Part shown: piece by piece, positions 23,483 through 35,290 of the stretch
Position numbering within the stretch: position 1 is the first letter of the stretch
Layout: every line of letters begins with the position of its first letter
Assembly (NCBI RefSeq): GCF_001194135.2
Contig: NC_069003.1
Span: 22,562,999-22,610,983 of the forward strand
DNA length: 47,985 bases
From: Octopus bimaculoides
Lineage: Eukaryota
Direction: 5' to 3'
Program-made: the position numbers and the translations under genes
Notes under the pieces: model-generated
What the model saw: the letters and a program-made list of their open reading frames with translations, nothing else
The model's database searches: none
Told to the model about the DNA's origin: nothing

Positions 23483-24698
23483 NNNNNNNNNNNNNNNNNN
23501 NNNNNNNNNNNNNNNNNNNNNNNNNNNNNNNNNNNNNNNNNNNNNNNNNNNNNNNNNNNNNNNNNNNNNNNNNNNNNNNNNNNNNNNNNNNNNNNNNNNN
23601 NNNNNNNNNNNNNNNNNNNNNNNNNNNNNNNNNNNNNNNNNNNNNNNNNNNNNNNNNNNNNNNNNNNNNNNNNNNNNNNNNNNNNNNNNNNNNNNNNNNN
23701 NNNNNNNNNNNNNNNNNNNNNNNNNNNNNNNNNNNNNNNNNNNNNNNNNNNNNNNNNNNNNNNNNNNNNNNNNNNNNNNNNNNNNNNNNNNNNNNNNNNN
23801 NNNNNNNNNNNNNNNNNNNNNNNNNNNNNNNNNNNNNNNNNNNNNNNNNNNNNNNNNNNNNNNNNNNNNNNNNNNNNNNNNNNNNNNNNNNNNNNNNNNN
23901 NNNNNNNNNNNNNNNNNNNNNNNNNNNNNNNNNNNNNNNNNNNNNNNNNNNNNNNNNNNNNNNNNNNNNNNNNNNNNNNNNNNNNNNNNNNNNNNNNNNN
24001 NNNCTCACACACACGCCTTCCATATGTTTGCTTTTCTCTTCTTACCTTCCCCCCTATCTCTTTCTTCTGAAGTTCATCTCTTCATTTTCTTCCCACTTTT
24101 TCTAACAAGTAAAAATTCAGATTCCATCAAGTTCATTGTTTTGCTGATTACATCGTTTGAACTTCCTTCTCGTCCTTTGAATGTTGCTCCAAGGCCTATC
24201 ACCATAATTACCACAACCACGATGCACCATCGTTGTTTTCATCACCATTTGCAAGCATCATCAAAACTGCCACCACCACCACCACCGTTTTTACCACTCT
24301 TTCCTCTACAGCCACTGTTGTTGCTACCATCGTTTCCATCATAACTATAATCATCATCACCATTACCACGGCAGCTGTTTTTTGAATTTAAAACTTTGCA
24401 TTATTGCAAGCTACATTGTAATTTAATTTCTAACAAAAGAAAAAGAACAAATAAAACAGGGTCCTCTCTTTTCCTCCCCTTATTTTCACTCTCTTTCTTT
24501 CCATAGGGAGAAGTGTGTAACCTCTTGCCATATCAGGCTTTCCTTATTCATCTACCAACAGGGACAAAAATATAAAGATGATAATAATAATGATGACAAT
24601 CTCAATGACTTTCACAAATATTAAACTCAACAACAAATTGGAGATTATTTTCCCTCCTTGCTTCATGCTATGATGAAGAAATTAAATAAATAAAAACC

Positions 24699-24975
24699 GC
24701 TGGACTGGCTCCTGTGCAGGTGGCACGTAAAATACACCATTTCGAGCGTGGCCGTTGCCAGTACCTCCTGACTGGCCTTCGTGCCGGTGGCAAGTAAAAG
24801 CACCCACTACACTCTCGGAGTGGTTGGCGTTAGGAAAGGCATCCAGCTGTAGAAACTCTGCCAAATCAGATTGGAGCCTGGTGTAGCCATCTGGTTCACC
24901 AGTCTTCAGTGAAATCATCCAACCCATGCTAGCATGGAAAGCGGACGTTAAACGATGATGATGATGATGATGATG
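24699..24975 (+). mobile_element. Young RTE-tail retroposon
   Basis: Near identical to 1-235 and 47089-47405, with a (GAT)n tail. Confidence 0.85.
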
Positions 24976-25029
24976 AAAAAGAGATAAGCAAGCACATCTG
25001 CACTAAGATATGTCTTTTGTCTTTTTCTT

Positions 25030-25210
25030 GTTTTAGGTATCAGACTGTGGCTATTCTGGGGCACTTGTGGAATTTTAGTCAAACGAATAGACCCCAGTAT
25101 TTCTTTTCTTTTCTCTTTTTTTAAAGCGTGGTACTTATTCTGTTGATCTCTTTTGCTGAATCACCCTGTTACAGGAATGTAAACAAACCAACACCAGTTG
25201 TCAAGCAGTG
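25030..25210 (-). mobile_element. OR-type SINE 3' half, diverged
   Basis: Similarity to the reverse complement of 34240-34400. Confidence 0.65.
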
Positions 25211-25230
25211 TTGTCACACACACATATACA

Positions 25231-25291
<61 letters not shown>

Positions 25292-25950
25292 NNNNNNNNN
25301 NNNNNNNNNNNNNNNNNNNNNNNNNNNNNNNNNNNNNNNNNNNNNNNNNNNNNNNNNNNNNNNNNNNNNNNNNNNNNNNNNNNNNNNNNNNNNNNNNNNN
25401 NNNNNNNNNNNNNNNNNNNNNNNNNNNNNNNNNNNNNNNNNNNNNNNNNNNNNNNNNNNNNNNNNNNNNNNNNNNNNCATATGACACAACCTTTATATCT
25501 GCCATGTAAAATAAGTGTGAATATTTCACAGAATTGCACTTATGTGCATGCATTAAGTGATAGGTGATATAAAAGAATGTAGTTCAATAAAAAAAATACA
25601 CTCTTTACTATCCAATCACCACCACCACCACCACCACCATCATCTCTCTCTTTCTTTCTACCTTTCTTTAACTTCATCATCAGAACATCACCCCTCTGCT
25701 AAAATTATATTTTTAACTCTCCTCCTCTATATCATCACTACCGTCAACTAACTTTTTTAGCCACATAATAAATATCATGTTCCCCCTATCTCATATCATG
25801 GGCACTTCTCTCTCCTTTTTCCTTCTCTCTTTCCCTTCAACTAATCATGTGAAAGCGTTACAATTATATTCTCTCCTGTTTTTCCTCTAATCATGTGAAA
25901 GTGTTACCGATGGGCTAAGTAATGGAATGACAAGCAGAATTATTATAAGA

Positions 25951-26077
25951 TTTGAAAGAAAAAATGTATAGAAATGGTTTTTCTGATAATTTTTCCACTT
26001 TAATGATTATAGAGTTGAACATCTAATTATTAAAGTGGTAAAATGATCAGAAACACCATTTCTATTCATTTTTCAAA
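25951..26077. repeat. 127-bp imperfect palindrome
   Basis: AATGTATAGAAATGGTTTTTTCTGATAATTTTTCCACTTTAAT pairs with ATTAAAGTGGTAAAATGATCAGAAACACCATTTCTATTCATT. Confidence 0.85.
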
Positions 26078-26411
26078 CACACATGCACGCACGTGCAACC
26101 GTTTCTGTCTAACAAATCCACTTGGTCAGCCTGGGGCTATAATAGAACTCACCCATGGTGCCAATCCTTTGCCTATGTATATATATATATTTCATGTTTT
26201 GCTTATAAATGATGCATGAAACCAGGATTTTTGACTTGAGTCAAATACAGTAAACTGCTCCAAATCCTTGTTATAGTATCCACATTAGTGGAGACACAAC
26301 ATGTTAGTTTGCACTGGCTTCAAGGCATATAAATTGTAATAATGAAGTCAAACCAGATAATATTTTGAAAGCATTTAATTCATACATTAAATATATAATA
26401 GGAAATACATC

Positions 26412-26846
26412 CCATTACGCAAGGTTTTTCTCTGTTAATACATTTCAAAATATAAACCAACTGACTGAAATTGTTCTGTGTATATGTGGGAGTGTGTGCG
26501 TATGTGTGGTCAGCGCATTAAATTGGCTACTAAATGTGTTGAGAGGCAGAACGAAGGAAGGTAGAGAGAGTGAGCAAGGGGAAGAGAAAGAGGGATATAT
26601 AGAGAGGGAGAGAGGAGAGAAAAGAGAGTGAGAGAAGAAGAAAGAAAGCAGACAGTTGTGTTGGTATGTGTATACAAAGGGCAAGAAGGATAAATACAAG
26701 GTAGAGAATTGAAAAGGTCAAGGAGAAGTTGGGGGAGGGGACAAGGAGAAATTGAACCATATGTTAGGGTGTGGTTATGAATGTTGGTAGTGAACAGAAG
26801 CTATAAGCATTTGGCCTCGAGGATATTGGTGTTGTCAAATAGACTA

Positions 26847-26883
<37 letters not shown>

Positions 26884-27080
26884 TCTTTCTGCTATAGGCA
26901 AAAGGCTTGAAATTTCTGGGAAGGGGGCTAGTCAATTTCATCAATCCCAGTGTTCAACTGATACTTAATTTATCCATCCTGAAAGGATGAAAGGTAAAGT
27001 CGAAGTTGGTGGAATTTGAACTCAGAATGTAAAAATTGATGAAATGCTGTTAAGCATTTTGTCTGATGTGCTGATGTTTC
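26412..27080 (+). repeat. Left arm of a ~660-bp inverted duplication (440-bp purine-rich segment + (AAT)n + Nin-type SINE)
   Basis: Colinear with the reverse complement of 28830-29488, e.g. CCATTACGCAAGG at 26412 versus CCTTGCGTAATGG ending at 29488. Confidence 0.85.
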
Positions 27081-27304
27081 TTATTTCTATATTGCCCACA
27101 AGGGGTTAAACATTGAGGGGACAAACAAGGACAGACAAAGGGATTAAGTCGATTACATCGACCCCAGTGCGTAACTGGTACTTAATTTACCGACCCCGAA
27201 AGGATGAATAGCAAAGTTGACCTCGGTGGAATTTGAACTCAGAACGTAATGGCAGACGAAATACCACTAAGCATTTCGCCCGGTGTGCTAACGTTTCTGC
27301 CAGC
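27081..27304 (-). mobile_element. Young Nin-type tRNA SINE
   Basis: Reverse complement of 30524-30753. Core GGTCAACTTTGCTATTCATCCTTTCGGGGTCGGTAAATTAAGTACCAG. An older copy follows at about 27330-27512. Confidence 0.85.
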
Positions 27305-27584
27305 ATACCACTTCAGTAATAAAGATAATAATGGTTTCAAATTTTGGTGCAAGGCCAGCAATTTCAGGGTAGGGATTAGATCAATTACATTGACACCAGC
27401 ACACAACTGATATTTGTTTTATTGACCCTAAAAGAATGAAAGGCTAAGTTGATCTTGGCGGAATTTGAACGATATTCTGCTAAGCATTTTGCCCGGCATG
27501 CTAACAGTTCTGAAGCTCACTAAATAATAGTAATAACAATAAAAGTAATAATAATGATAATAATAGTGATAATGATGATAGTAA

Positions 27585-27970
27585 TACTTTCTTTATTGGC
27601 CACCACCAGGACCGAACACAAAACATAGAGGACGATACACAGATGAGGGACAGTGAGGTTAAACATGTTAACAGCAAACACAATGATTAACAAAGAGATT
27701 AAATCAACAATATGCTTCTTCAGTAGGGGGGAGTTCCTCCATAAGGTGACCAAAGAGACCTCATGCACTTTGGACCCCTTAACACCAAAGGCTTCTCAGG
27801 AAGGCACCCTCTCCTCTCCCTTCCATCTGGCCTACATTATTGCTTTGAGAATTGACACAGAGAACTGGAAGCCAACTGAATATTGGAAAAGATGGTTTGC
27901 ACTGGGTATCAAAAGGCTGACATCATGAGTGCTGCTCAATACTTTGTGAATACTGTAAACGCTGTAAGAT
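27585..27970 (-). mobile_element. Probable LINE 3' end (clade not determined)
   Basis: The minus strand ends CTGTCCCTCATCTGTGTATCGTCCTCTATGTTTTGTGTTCGGTCCTGGTGGTGGCCAATAAAGAAAG plus a short-repeat tail, resembling the Nin-type SINE tail. Confidence 0.5.
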
Positions 27971-27984
27971 GTAACATGGACAGC

Positions 27985-28230
27985 TGCGATAGAGACTGAA
28001 GCCATGTGTTTGCTGTGTGGCAGCAGGATTTGGCTCCTTGCCATACATCCAGAAAGAGGTCAGAAGTGGTTGTCAGAGAATTTCTACAACTCTACCAGAG
28101 TCCCAATGTCGGTCTCCTAATTTCCATGATTGTAATCTCATGGATTACTATGTGTGGAGTGCAGTCGAGACAGACACCAACTTCACTGCCTGCAAGGCCA
28201 AGCTGGTGGCCAAGATCAAGGAAGTGCTCA
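27985..28230 (+). mobile_element. Tc1/mariner-superfamily transposase fragment, maT-like (DD37D)
   Basis: WQQDLAPCHTSRK / QKWLSENFY / SPNFHDCNLMDYYVWSAVE. After correcting frameshifts by eye there are about 37 residues between the 2nd and 3rd catalytic D. Confidence 0.75.
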
Positions 28231-28518
28231 NNNNNNNNNNNNNNNNNNNNNNNNNNNNNNNNNNNNNNNNNNNNNNNNNNNNNNNNNNNNNNNNNNNNNN
28301 NNNNNNNNNNNNNNNNNNNNNNNNNNNNNNNNNNNNNNNNNNNNNNNNNNNNNNNNNNNNNNNNNNNNNNNNNNNNNNNNNNNNNNNNNNNNNNNNNNNN
28401 NNNNNNNNNNNNNNNNNNNNNNNNNNAAGCCATAATCTGGTTGATAGTATTCGATTTTTTAAAATACTTCTATTTTTGGATGGAAAATTGTGTTTTCTTT
28501 TCATTTTAGGCAAACTGT

Positions 28519-28552
<34 letters not shown>

Positions 28553-28829
28553 TTTCTATGAGTGTTTGTATGTGTCTATCTACACACATACAAAAATGTG
28601 TAGTATGCATATATATTGTGTGAATAAGTACGCATATGAATACCATTATCACTTGCAATTTATGATTTATTTTCAATTTACTTAATTCTGTGTTTTCTTC
28701 ACTTTTCTGTTATATCCCTCCTCTTCTATTCTTCTTCCTCTTCTCCCCACCATCATCATCATTATCATCTCAAATGATACCGAGTTCAGTTCTCTGAAGC
28801 AGCTGCTGGCCCCCTTTTCCAAGAATGCA

Positions 28830-29488
28830 AGTTGGCAGAATCGTTAGCATGCCAGGCAAAATGTCTATCAGCATTTCATCCATCTTTACATTCTGAGTTC
28901 AAATTCCACCAAGGTCGACTTTGCCTTTCATCCTTTTGTAGTTGATAAATTAGGTACCAGTTGAGCACTGAGGTCCATGTAATTGATTCATCCTCTCTGA
29001 CCAAAATTTCAGGCCTTTTGTCCATAGTAGAAAGGATTATTATTATTATTATTATTGCTGTTGTTGTTATTTATTAGTATTTCTGTCCTATGTGCTTTGA
29101 CACACCAGTATCTTCAAGGCCAAATGCTTACATCCTCTGTTCTGTACTAACATTCATAGCCACACCCTAACATATGATTCAGTCCCCCCCCCATACTCTC
29201 CTTCAGCTTCTCCTTGACCTTTTCAATTCTCTACCTTGTTGTGTTTAACCCTCTTGCCCTTTCTATGCATATACCAACAAAACTGTTTGCTTTCTTTCCT
29301 CTTCTCTCACATACTCTCCTTTCTTTCTCTCCTTTCTAACTATCTTTACTATCTCTCTTCTCCTCCCTCTCCCATTCCCTTCTCCTTTACTATACAACTT
29401 ACTGCCCTGACCACACACACACAGAACAAGTTCCATCAGTTGGTTTATATTTTTAAATGTATTAACTGAGAAAAGCCTTGCGTAATGG
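28830..29488 (-). repeat. Right arm of the inverted duplication (ends at a gap)
   Basis: See 26412-27080. Confidence 0.85.
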
Positions 29489-30523
29489 NNNNNNNNNNNN
29501 NNNNNNNNNNNNNNNNNNNNNNNNNNNNNNNNNNNNNNNNNNNNNNNNNNNNNNNNNNNNNNNNNNNNNNNNNNNNNNNNNNNNNNNNNNNNNNNNNNNN
29601 NNNNNNNNNNNNNNNNNNNNNNNNNNNNNNNNNNNNNNNNNNNNNNNNNNNNNNNNNNNNNNNNNNNNNNNNNNNNNNNNNNNNNNNNNNNNNNNNNNNN
29701 NNNNNNNNNNNNNNNNNNNNNNNNNNNNNNNNNNNNNNNNNNNNNNNNNNNNNNNNNNNNNNNNNNNNNNNNNNNNNNNNNNNNNNNNNNNNNNNNNNNN
29801 NNNNNNNNNNNNNNNNNNNNNNNNNNNNNNNNNNNNNNNNNNNNNNNNNNNNNNNNNNNNNNNNNNNNNNNNNNNNNNNNNNNNNNNNNNNNNTGCCCAA
29901 ATTTTTTTTCTTTAATTTATTACCAAAATCTTAAATATATAAAAAATACTAAATATATAAAGAAATTTTTATTACAATACACTAAGAAAAAAATACATTT
30001 TTAGTCTGGTCCTTTTTTAGGACCATGGGCATATGGGGTGCCTTTGTTAAAAAAATAGGATTTTTAAAGTATACTTGATTTCAAAAAGGAAAATAAAAAT
30101 GCATTGTTTTATTTATTTATGAATTCAAAAGAAATGCATATTATTTGAAAGAAAAGAATAAAAAGTAAACTTTTTTCTGAACAATCTAAATACAGATTAC
30201 TTCGAATACCATTTTGAATCGTTCACCCACATGAAGACCAACATCACATTTTACACATTGTTTTGAAACTTTTTTTTTGCAAAAGGCACATTGTTTTTGT
30301 TTCCCTCCCTCTGTTCTATCAAGAATATGTCTAATAGTAGAAAATCTAGTTTCTGGTATTACTTTTGAAGAAAATACCTTTGGCTGTCCCGAAATTTTGG
30401 GATCAGAATCTGAGGATAACTCCAAATAAGCTTGTGTAACTGACCTCTAAATCTAGTAATGTCAAAGTATTTCTATTTGTAAAACAATGTACAATCCAAG
30501 AATTAACCATTATAGTATCAAGG

Positions 30524-30753
30524 GTGGTGAGCTGGCAGAATCATTAGCACGGCGGGCGAAATGTGTAGCAGTATTTTGTCTGCTGTTGCATTCTGAGTTC
30601 AAATTCCGACAAGGTCGACTTTGCCTTTCATCCTTTCGGGGGTCGATTAAATAAGTACCAGTTATGCACTGGGGTCGATGTAATCAACTTAATCACTTTG
30701 TCTGTCCCCTCTGTATTTAACCCCCCACCATCCTTGTGGGCAATAAAAAAATT
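30524..30753 (+). mobile_element. Nin-type SINE inserted in the piggyBac ORF with a 15-bp TSD
   Basis: ATTATAGTATCAAGG at 30509-30523 and 30754-30768. tRNA-like A/B boxes and a GTGGGCAATAAA tail. Confidence 0.95.
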
Positions 30754-32199
30754 ATTATAGTATCAAGGAAATTTGTGAATAGACTAAAGTACCACTTCTT
30801 AGATGTAACAGATGTGATACCTTTGGATAAGCCTGTCTAAGTGGTCCCCACCTCCTGTACGTTATACTCACATGTGACAAATGGCTAAGGGAAATATATT
30901 TCATTCCTATGGCTGGTTGACCATCTTTTAGCATTTCCAACAAGGGTGGCAGATTGATGATTTACTTGCAATTGTGAAAACACTACTGTCATACCATTTC
31001 AAATAAAGAGTTCTTCCTTTTCTTCAAATTGTAGTCATAGGATTCACAATTTTCCTTTTTCAGGGAGTTATCCTTCAGAGGACATCTGGATGTTCTGTTT
31101 GAACATACTGTACCTGTGATTCTGATTCCTAAGGATTTCATTTGTACAAATAAGTTATAACGAGAAAAAGTTATCAACATAAATTTCATGATTGTTGGGG
31201 TTTTCTAGGTTATTGGTCATTGATAAAACCACTCTTGAACCTAGACTATCATCATTCTTGGTATTGGAAGTAGGATTTTTTTGCTTTCCTTGATATAAAT
31301 TTATTCTAAACCAATAGCCACTAGTGGCACAACAAAGCACCCACTGCTTGAAACCAAATCTTATTGGCTTACTTCTTATGAATTGTTTTAGAGAGCTTCT
31401 TCCATAGTATCTTACTATCTGTTCATCTCTTAGAGAATATTCCAAACTGCTTGAACTTCTGATTCAGAGCATCAGCTAGCAATATGATTTTGAATCCTTT
31501 ATCATCTTTGTAATTTTCTGCATTTTCATTATCAATGAAATGATGAAACCTTTTGATGCTTAGAAAAATGTTTCTTGGAATTGTTTTTCGAATGATTGGA
31601 GTTTCAAGGTCTTCAGACACACTCCAATAATGCCATTCACTTGGTAGTCTGTGGTATCCTGAAAAAAACAAAGTAGGATTCCAATGAAATTTCTCTGACA
31701 GCTTGTTGACAGACTAAAATCATGTACATTTTTCTGTGTGGAATAAGTGACAGATTCTCTGCAAATTTCACTTAGTAAATCCTTGTCAAAGAAAAGGTCA
31801 AAAATCTCAACTGGGCTCTTACCAAGTACTTTATCTTTCATTGATTTCATTCTATCATCTGCTCCATCAGTAGTTGGTGATGCAAGTTTTGAAAAATTAG
31901 GCTCAGTCTTTTTCCAAGAGAAATCTGAGCTTTTCTTTCTTTTTCCTTTTGGTTGTGTTAGTTCTTCATTATCATACCGATGACGTTCAACACTTCCTGG
32001 CACATCCTGCAAGATAAAGGTCAGATCTCTGTTCTCATCAGCTAAGATTTCATCATCAAAGTCTTCTTAATCAGTTACTTCATTTACTGGCAGAGGAATT
32101 TCAACAATATCAATAAAGTTTTCATCACTAGGAGACTTATTTTCTTCTGCATAATTTGCTGCACCATGAACTGAATGGCAGAAAGCCACGGGGGAGTAT

Positions 32200-32497
32200 C
32201 TGAAAATAAAACTAAAAGAATAATAATGAAAGAAAATAACAAATAAAAAATATATACATAGAAAATGTTCACAACATAAAAAATTTGCCCCTGAAAATCA
32301 TTTTCTCTGTTATGCAACATCCATAGAAAACGGAACAAATGGAGTTCTAGTGACCATGGTCCTTATATTAGGACCAAACTTTTAGATCATGCTATATTTG
32401 AGCAAAATTACTTTCAAAGATTTTATTGACTTTGTAGGACAGTTAGAACAATTATTTATACTATATCAAATACGGGTTGGATATAAGTACTACTTAC
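32200..32497 (-). other. Putative intron in the 5' leader of the piggyBac transposase transcript
   Basis: Minus-strand donor TTG|GTAAGTA at 32497 and acceptor TTCTTTTAGTTTTATTTTCAG| at 32200, about 10 nt before the transposase N-terminus. Confidence 0.6.
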
Positions 32498-33122
32498 CAA
32501 AAGAGTTTTGATTGAATAAGAGATGAAACTGAGTGTATCCTTTCCCTCAAGATTTTCACACTGTTCTGAAAACTGAGACATCAGTGTTGCATATATACAT
32601 TGGACAGTAGGTGTAATATTTGAAAAACACTCCAGTCTTGATGACTAACAAGATATCTCAGAATATCAAAAATACAGGTGTTGTAGAAATATGATGGATT
32701 ATCCTTCTGGTCCTAAAAAGAGGACCATTGGTGCTAATGGGTTAATTGTTATTTCCTTAGCATTGTCCTTGGCTTTTGTCAAAAATTTGCATTCAACATA
32801 GATATATATATAAATTTATACTAACATATACAATGTGACACCTGCCTGCATTTCGTGAATGTATGTGCATGTCTTTTATTGTTTATGAGGCTTCACAGGT
32901 TTTGAATGTAAATTAGTGTATGAAGTAATATGTTTTGTAAATCCTGTGATGTCTTTAATATGTATCCGTTATGTGTGTGTGTGTGTGTGTGTGTGTGTAG
33001 TTTAGAATTCCAGGTTGAGTTCCTGAGCATATATAAACTTATAGCTATTGCAGATAAGTGATCCGCTCACATGCATATTCATGCACATACATGCAATCTG
33101 ACAGACACACTGTAGCCATTAA

Positions 33123-33335
33123 CCCTTTAGCATTTAAATCTTCCATATCCAGCCCAAATATTCTATTTTATGTTCAAAGCAGCCAGATCCAGCCTCTAAC
33201 ACCTGTCCTACAATATCCTAAAAATATGCAATCACATCAACAAAATCTCAAAGTTATGGCGAAATGCATGATTAATTAAAAGCAGTGTGATTAAATATGT
33301 ATTACATTTGCTAACATAATCTAAATGCTTAAAGG
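33123..33335 (-). mobile_element. piggyBac-type MITE, opposite orientation
   Basis: TTAA|CCCTTTAGCATT start and AATGCTTAAAGG|TTAC end. Reverse similarity to 6801-7009. Confidence 0.8.
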
Positions 33336-33441
33336 TTACAAACCACCTCTCACACTATCAGTTAGTCAGAGGCTGAAATGTGTCAGCTACCCACATACAG
33401 TTTTTCCTGGCTCTCTCCTTTCTTTTCTTATCTCTGTTCTG

Positions 33442-33442
<1 letters not shown>

Positions 33443-33499
<57 letters not shown>

Positions 33500-33509
33500 N
33501 NNNNNNNNN

Positions 33510-33551
<42 letters not shown>

Positions 33552-33740
33552 GTGTATTTGTGTGTGTGTTTATATGTATTTGTGTAGGTGTGTGTATATA
33601 TGTATTTGTGTAGGTGTGTGTATATATGTATTTGTGTAGGTGTGTATATATGTATTTGTGTAGGTGTGTATATATGTATTTGTGTATGTGTGTATATATG
33701 TATTTGTGTATGTATGTGTGTGTATAGACATGTGTATTTG
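33443..33740. repeat. Compound (TA)n(TG)n with degenerate ~24-bp TGTGTATATATGTATTTGTGTAGG units
   Basis: Read directly from the sequence. Confidence 0.9.
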
Positions 33741-34050
33741 TGTACATTTACTACATCAATCTCTAATTCTCTCTCTTTTCTAAATTACTAGTTTTGTTCT
33801 TTATTCTCCCTATCCAGTTATCGGTAGGACTCCTGATTAGTATGTATAAAGGCTTCATACAAGTGTAAATTTTGTATTATTTGATTCTCTCACTGAAGAA
33901 TTTCCAAAAAGATGTCTTACAAGTTTCTCTTCCATGTACAATTTTGTTACTCCTATTAGTAAATGAAACACATGTAATGGTGAATGGATATTACCAAAAA
34001 TTTTTTCCAATCTCCTTTTTTTGATATATATATATATATATATATATATA

Positions 34051-34398
34051 GGCGCAGGAATGGCTGTGTGGTAAGTAGCTTGCTTACCAACCACATGGTT
34101 CCGGGTTCAGTCCCACTGCGTGGCACCTTGGGCAAGTGTCTTCTACTATAGCCTCGGGCCGACCAAGGCCTTGTGAGTGGATTTGGTGGACGGAAACTGA
34201 AAGAAGCCCATCGTATATATGTATATNNNNNNNNNNGTGGTGTGTTTACGTCCCCGTAACTTAGCGGTTCGGCAAAAGAGACCGATAGAATAAGTACTAG
34301 GCTTCCAAAGAATAAGTCTTGGGGTCAATTTGCTCGACTAAAGGCGGTGCTCCAGCATGGCCGCAGTCAAATGACTGAAACAAGTAAAAGAGTAAAGA

Positions 34399-34400
<2 letters not shown>
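34051..34400 (+). mobile_element. Young OR-type tRNA/CORE-like SINE
   Basis: A box TGGCTGTGTGGTAAG, B box GGTTCAGTCCC, core CCTTGGGCAAGTGTCTTC and tail GTAAAAGA. Near identical to 36986-37408. Confidence 0.9.
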
Positions 34401-34433
<33 letters not shown>

Positions 34434-34447
34434 AAATGTTGTTATTG

Positions 34448-34694
34448 GTTCAAATATGTTTGAGGCATATTCAAACCTACACGGAAGCCATTCACTGTAT
34501 TTTGTCATGGAGGAAATTTCTGTAGACAGATAGGCGTAAGCACAACGAATCAATGTGCAACATTCCCTCCTGTCTACTGCGAACTGACTTGGTGTGTTTA
34601 CACCTATTTGTCTACAGTGAAAAATTTTCTCCATGACAAAATACACCGAATGGCTTTCATAACGGTTTGAATATGCCTCAAAGCATATTTGAAC
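34448..34694. repeat. 247-bp foldback palindrome (MITE-like)
   Basis: TTTGAGGCATATTCAAACC...AAGCCATTC..TGTATTTTGTCATGGAG pairs with CTCCATGACAAAATACA..GAATGGCTT...GGTTTGAATATGCCTCAAA. Arms are about 95 bp. Confidence 0.9.
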
Positions 34695-35209
34695 TGGTGA
34701 CAAGTTTGTGTTTATACACATCACTGCTTAGCACTTTCATTCCAAGCGTGTGTGTGTGTGTAACAGTATAAAGCAGACTGTTTGCATTTAGAGTAATGCA
34801 CTTGCACATTTATTTTGTGAATTCTTGAACATTTTTGCTTTAAAGCAACTCCTATGAATCTTTGTTGGATAACAAAACTTATTTGTATGTAGGATGTTTT
34901 ACATGTATGTTTTATTTATGTGTACAATTGTTTTATTTATGTATTTGTGTTGTATATGTGTTAATATATTTGTAAGTATTTGTATATTTTATGTATCTTT
35001 GTATTTTCTTTATCATCAAGTGAACTCTGATTGCACAGACTTACGATCAAAGACTTTCCCTGCTAATGTTTGTCTCTATTACAATCAATATTCTAATGTT
35101 CTGATTAAAACCCAACTTCACAAAATGTTTCTATAACAACTGCTTTTAACTTAATTCTTTTTTTTTTTTTTTGACTGTTAATTATCACTAATTAATTGTT
35201 CTTTTGCAG

Positions 35210-35290
35210 GTTATCCAGGATGTAATTTTAACAATCAAATGTGGAATACTTTTGTACCTAACTTTTTAACAAAAGGAACAGAAAAACTCT
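35210..35290 (+). CDS. Internal coding exon of an unidentified host gene (GYPGCNFNNQMWNTFVPNFLTKGTEKL)
   Basis: Branch-like CTAAT, TTCTTTTGCAG acceptor and CT|GTAAGT donor. 81 nt, phase 1-1, only that frame is open, non-repetitive sequence. Confidence 0.65.

Larger units (their letters stand above)
29894..32741 (-). mobile_element. piggyBac transposon with decayed PGBD-type transposase (about 30186-32190); left end probably in the gap
   Basis: Minus ORFs: DIVEIPLP..VTD*ED, SPVEIFDLFF, IPRNIFLSIKRFHHFIDN, SLRDEQIVRYYGRSSLKQFIRSKPIRFGFK, YVDNFFS, GTVCSNR and C-terminal CAFC..CVKCDVGLH. The right end ...GCTAATGGG is followed by TTAA. Confidence 0.92.

Noticed and set aside
25557-25751. Poly-His ORF
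   Set aside because: It is a (CAC)n/(CAT)n microsatellite in low-complexity DNA.
34051-34130. tRNA genes
   Set aside because: These are SINE heads with A/B boxes, not complete cloverleaf tRNAs.
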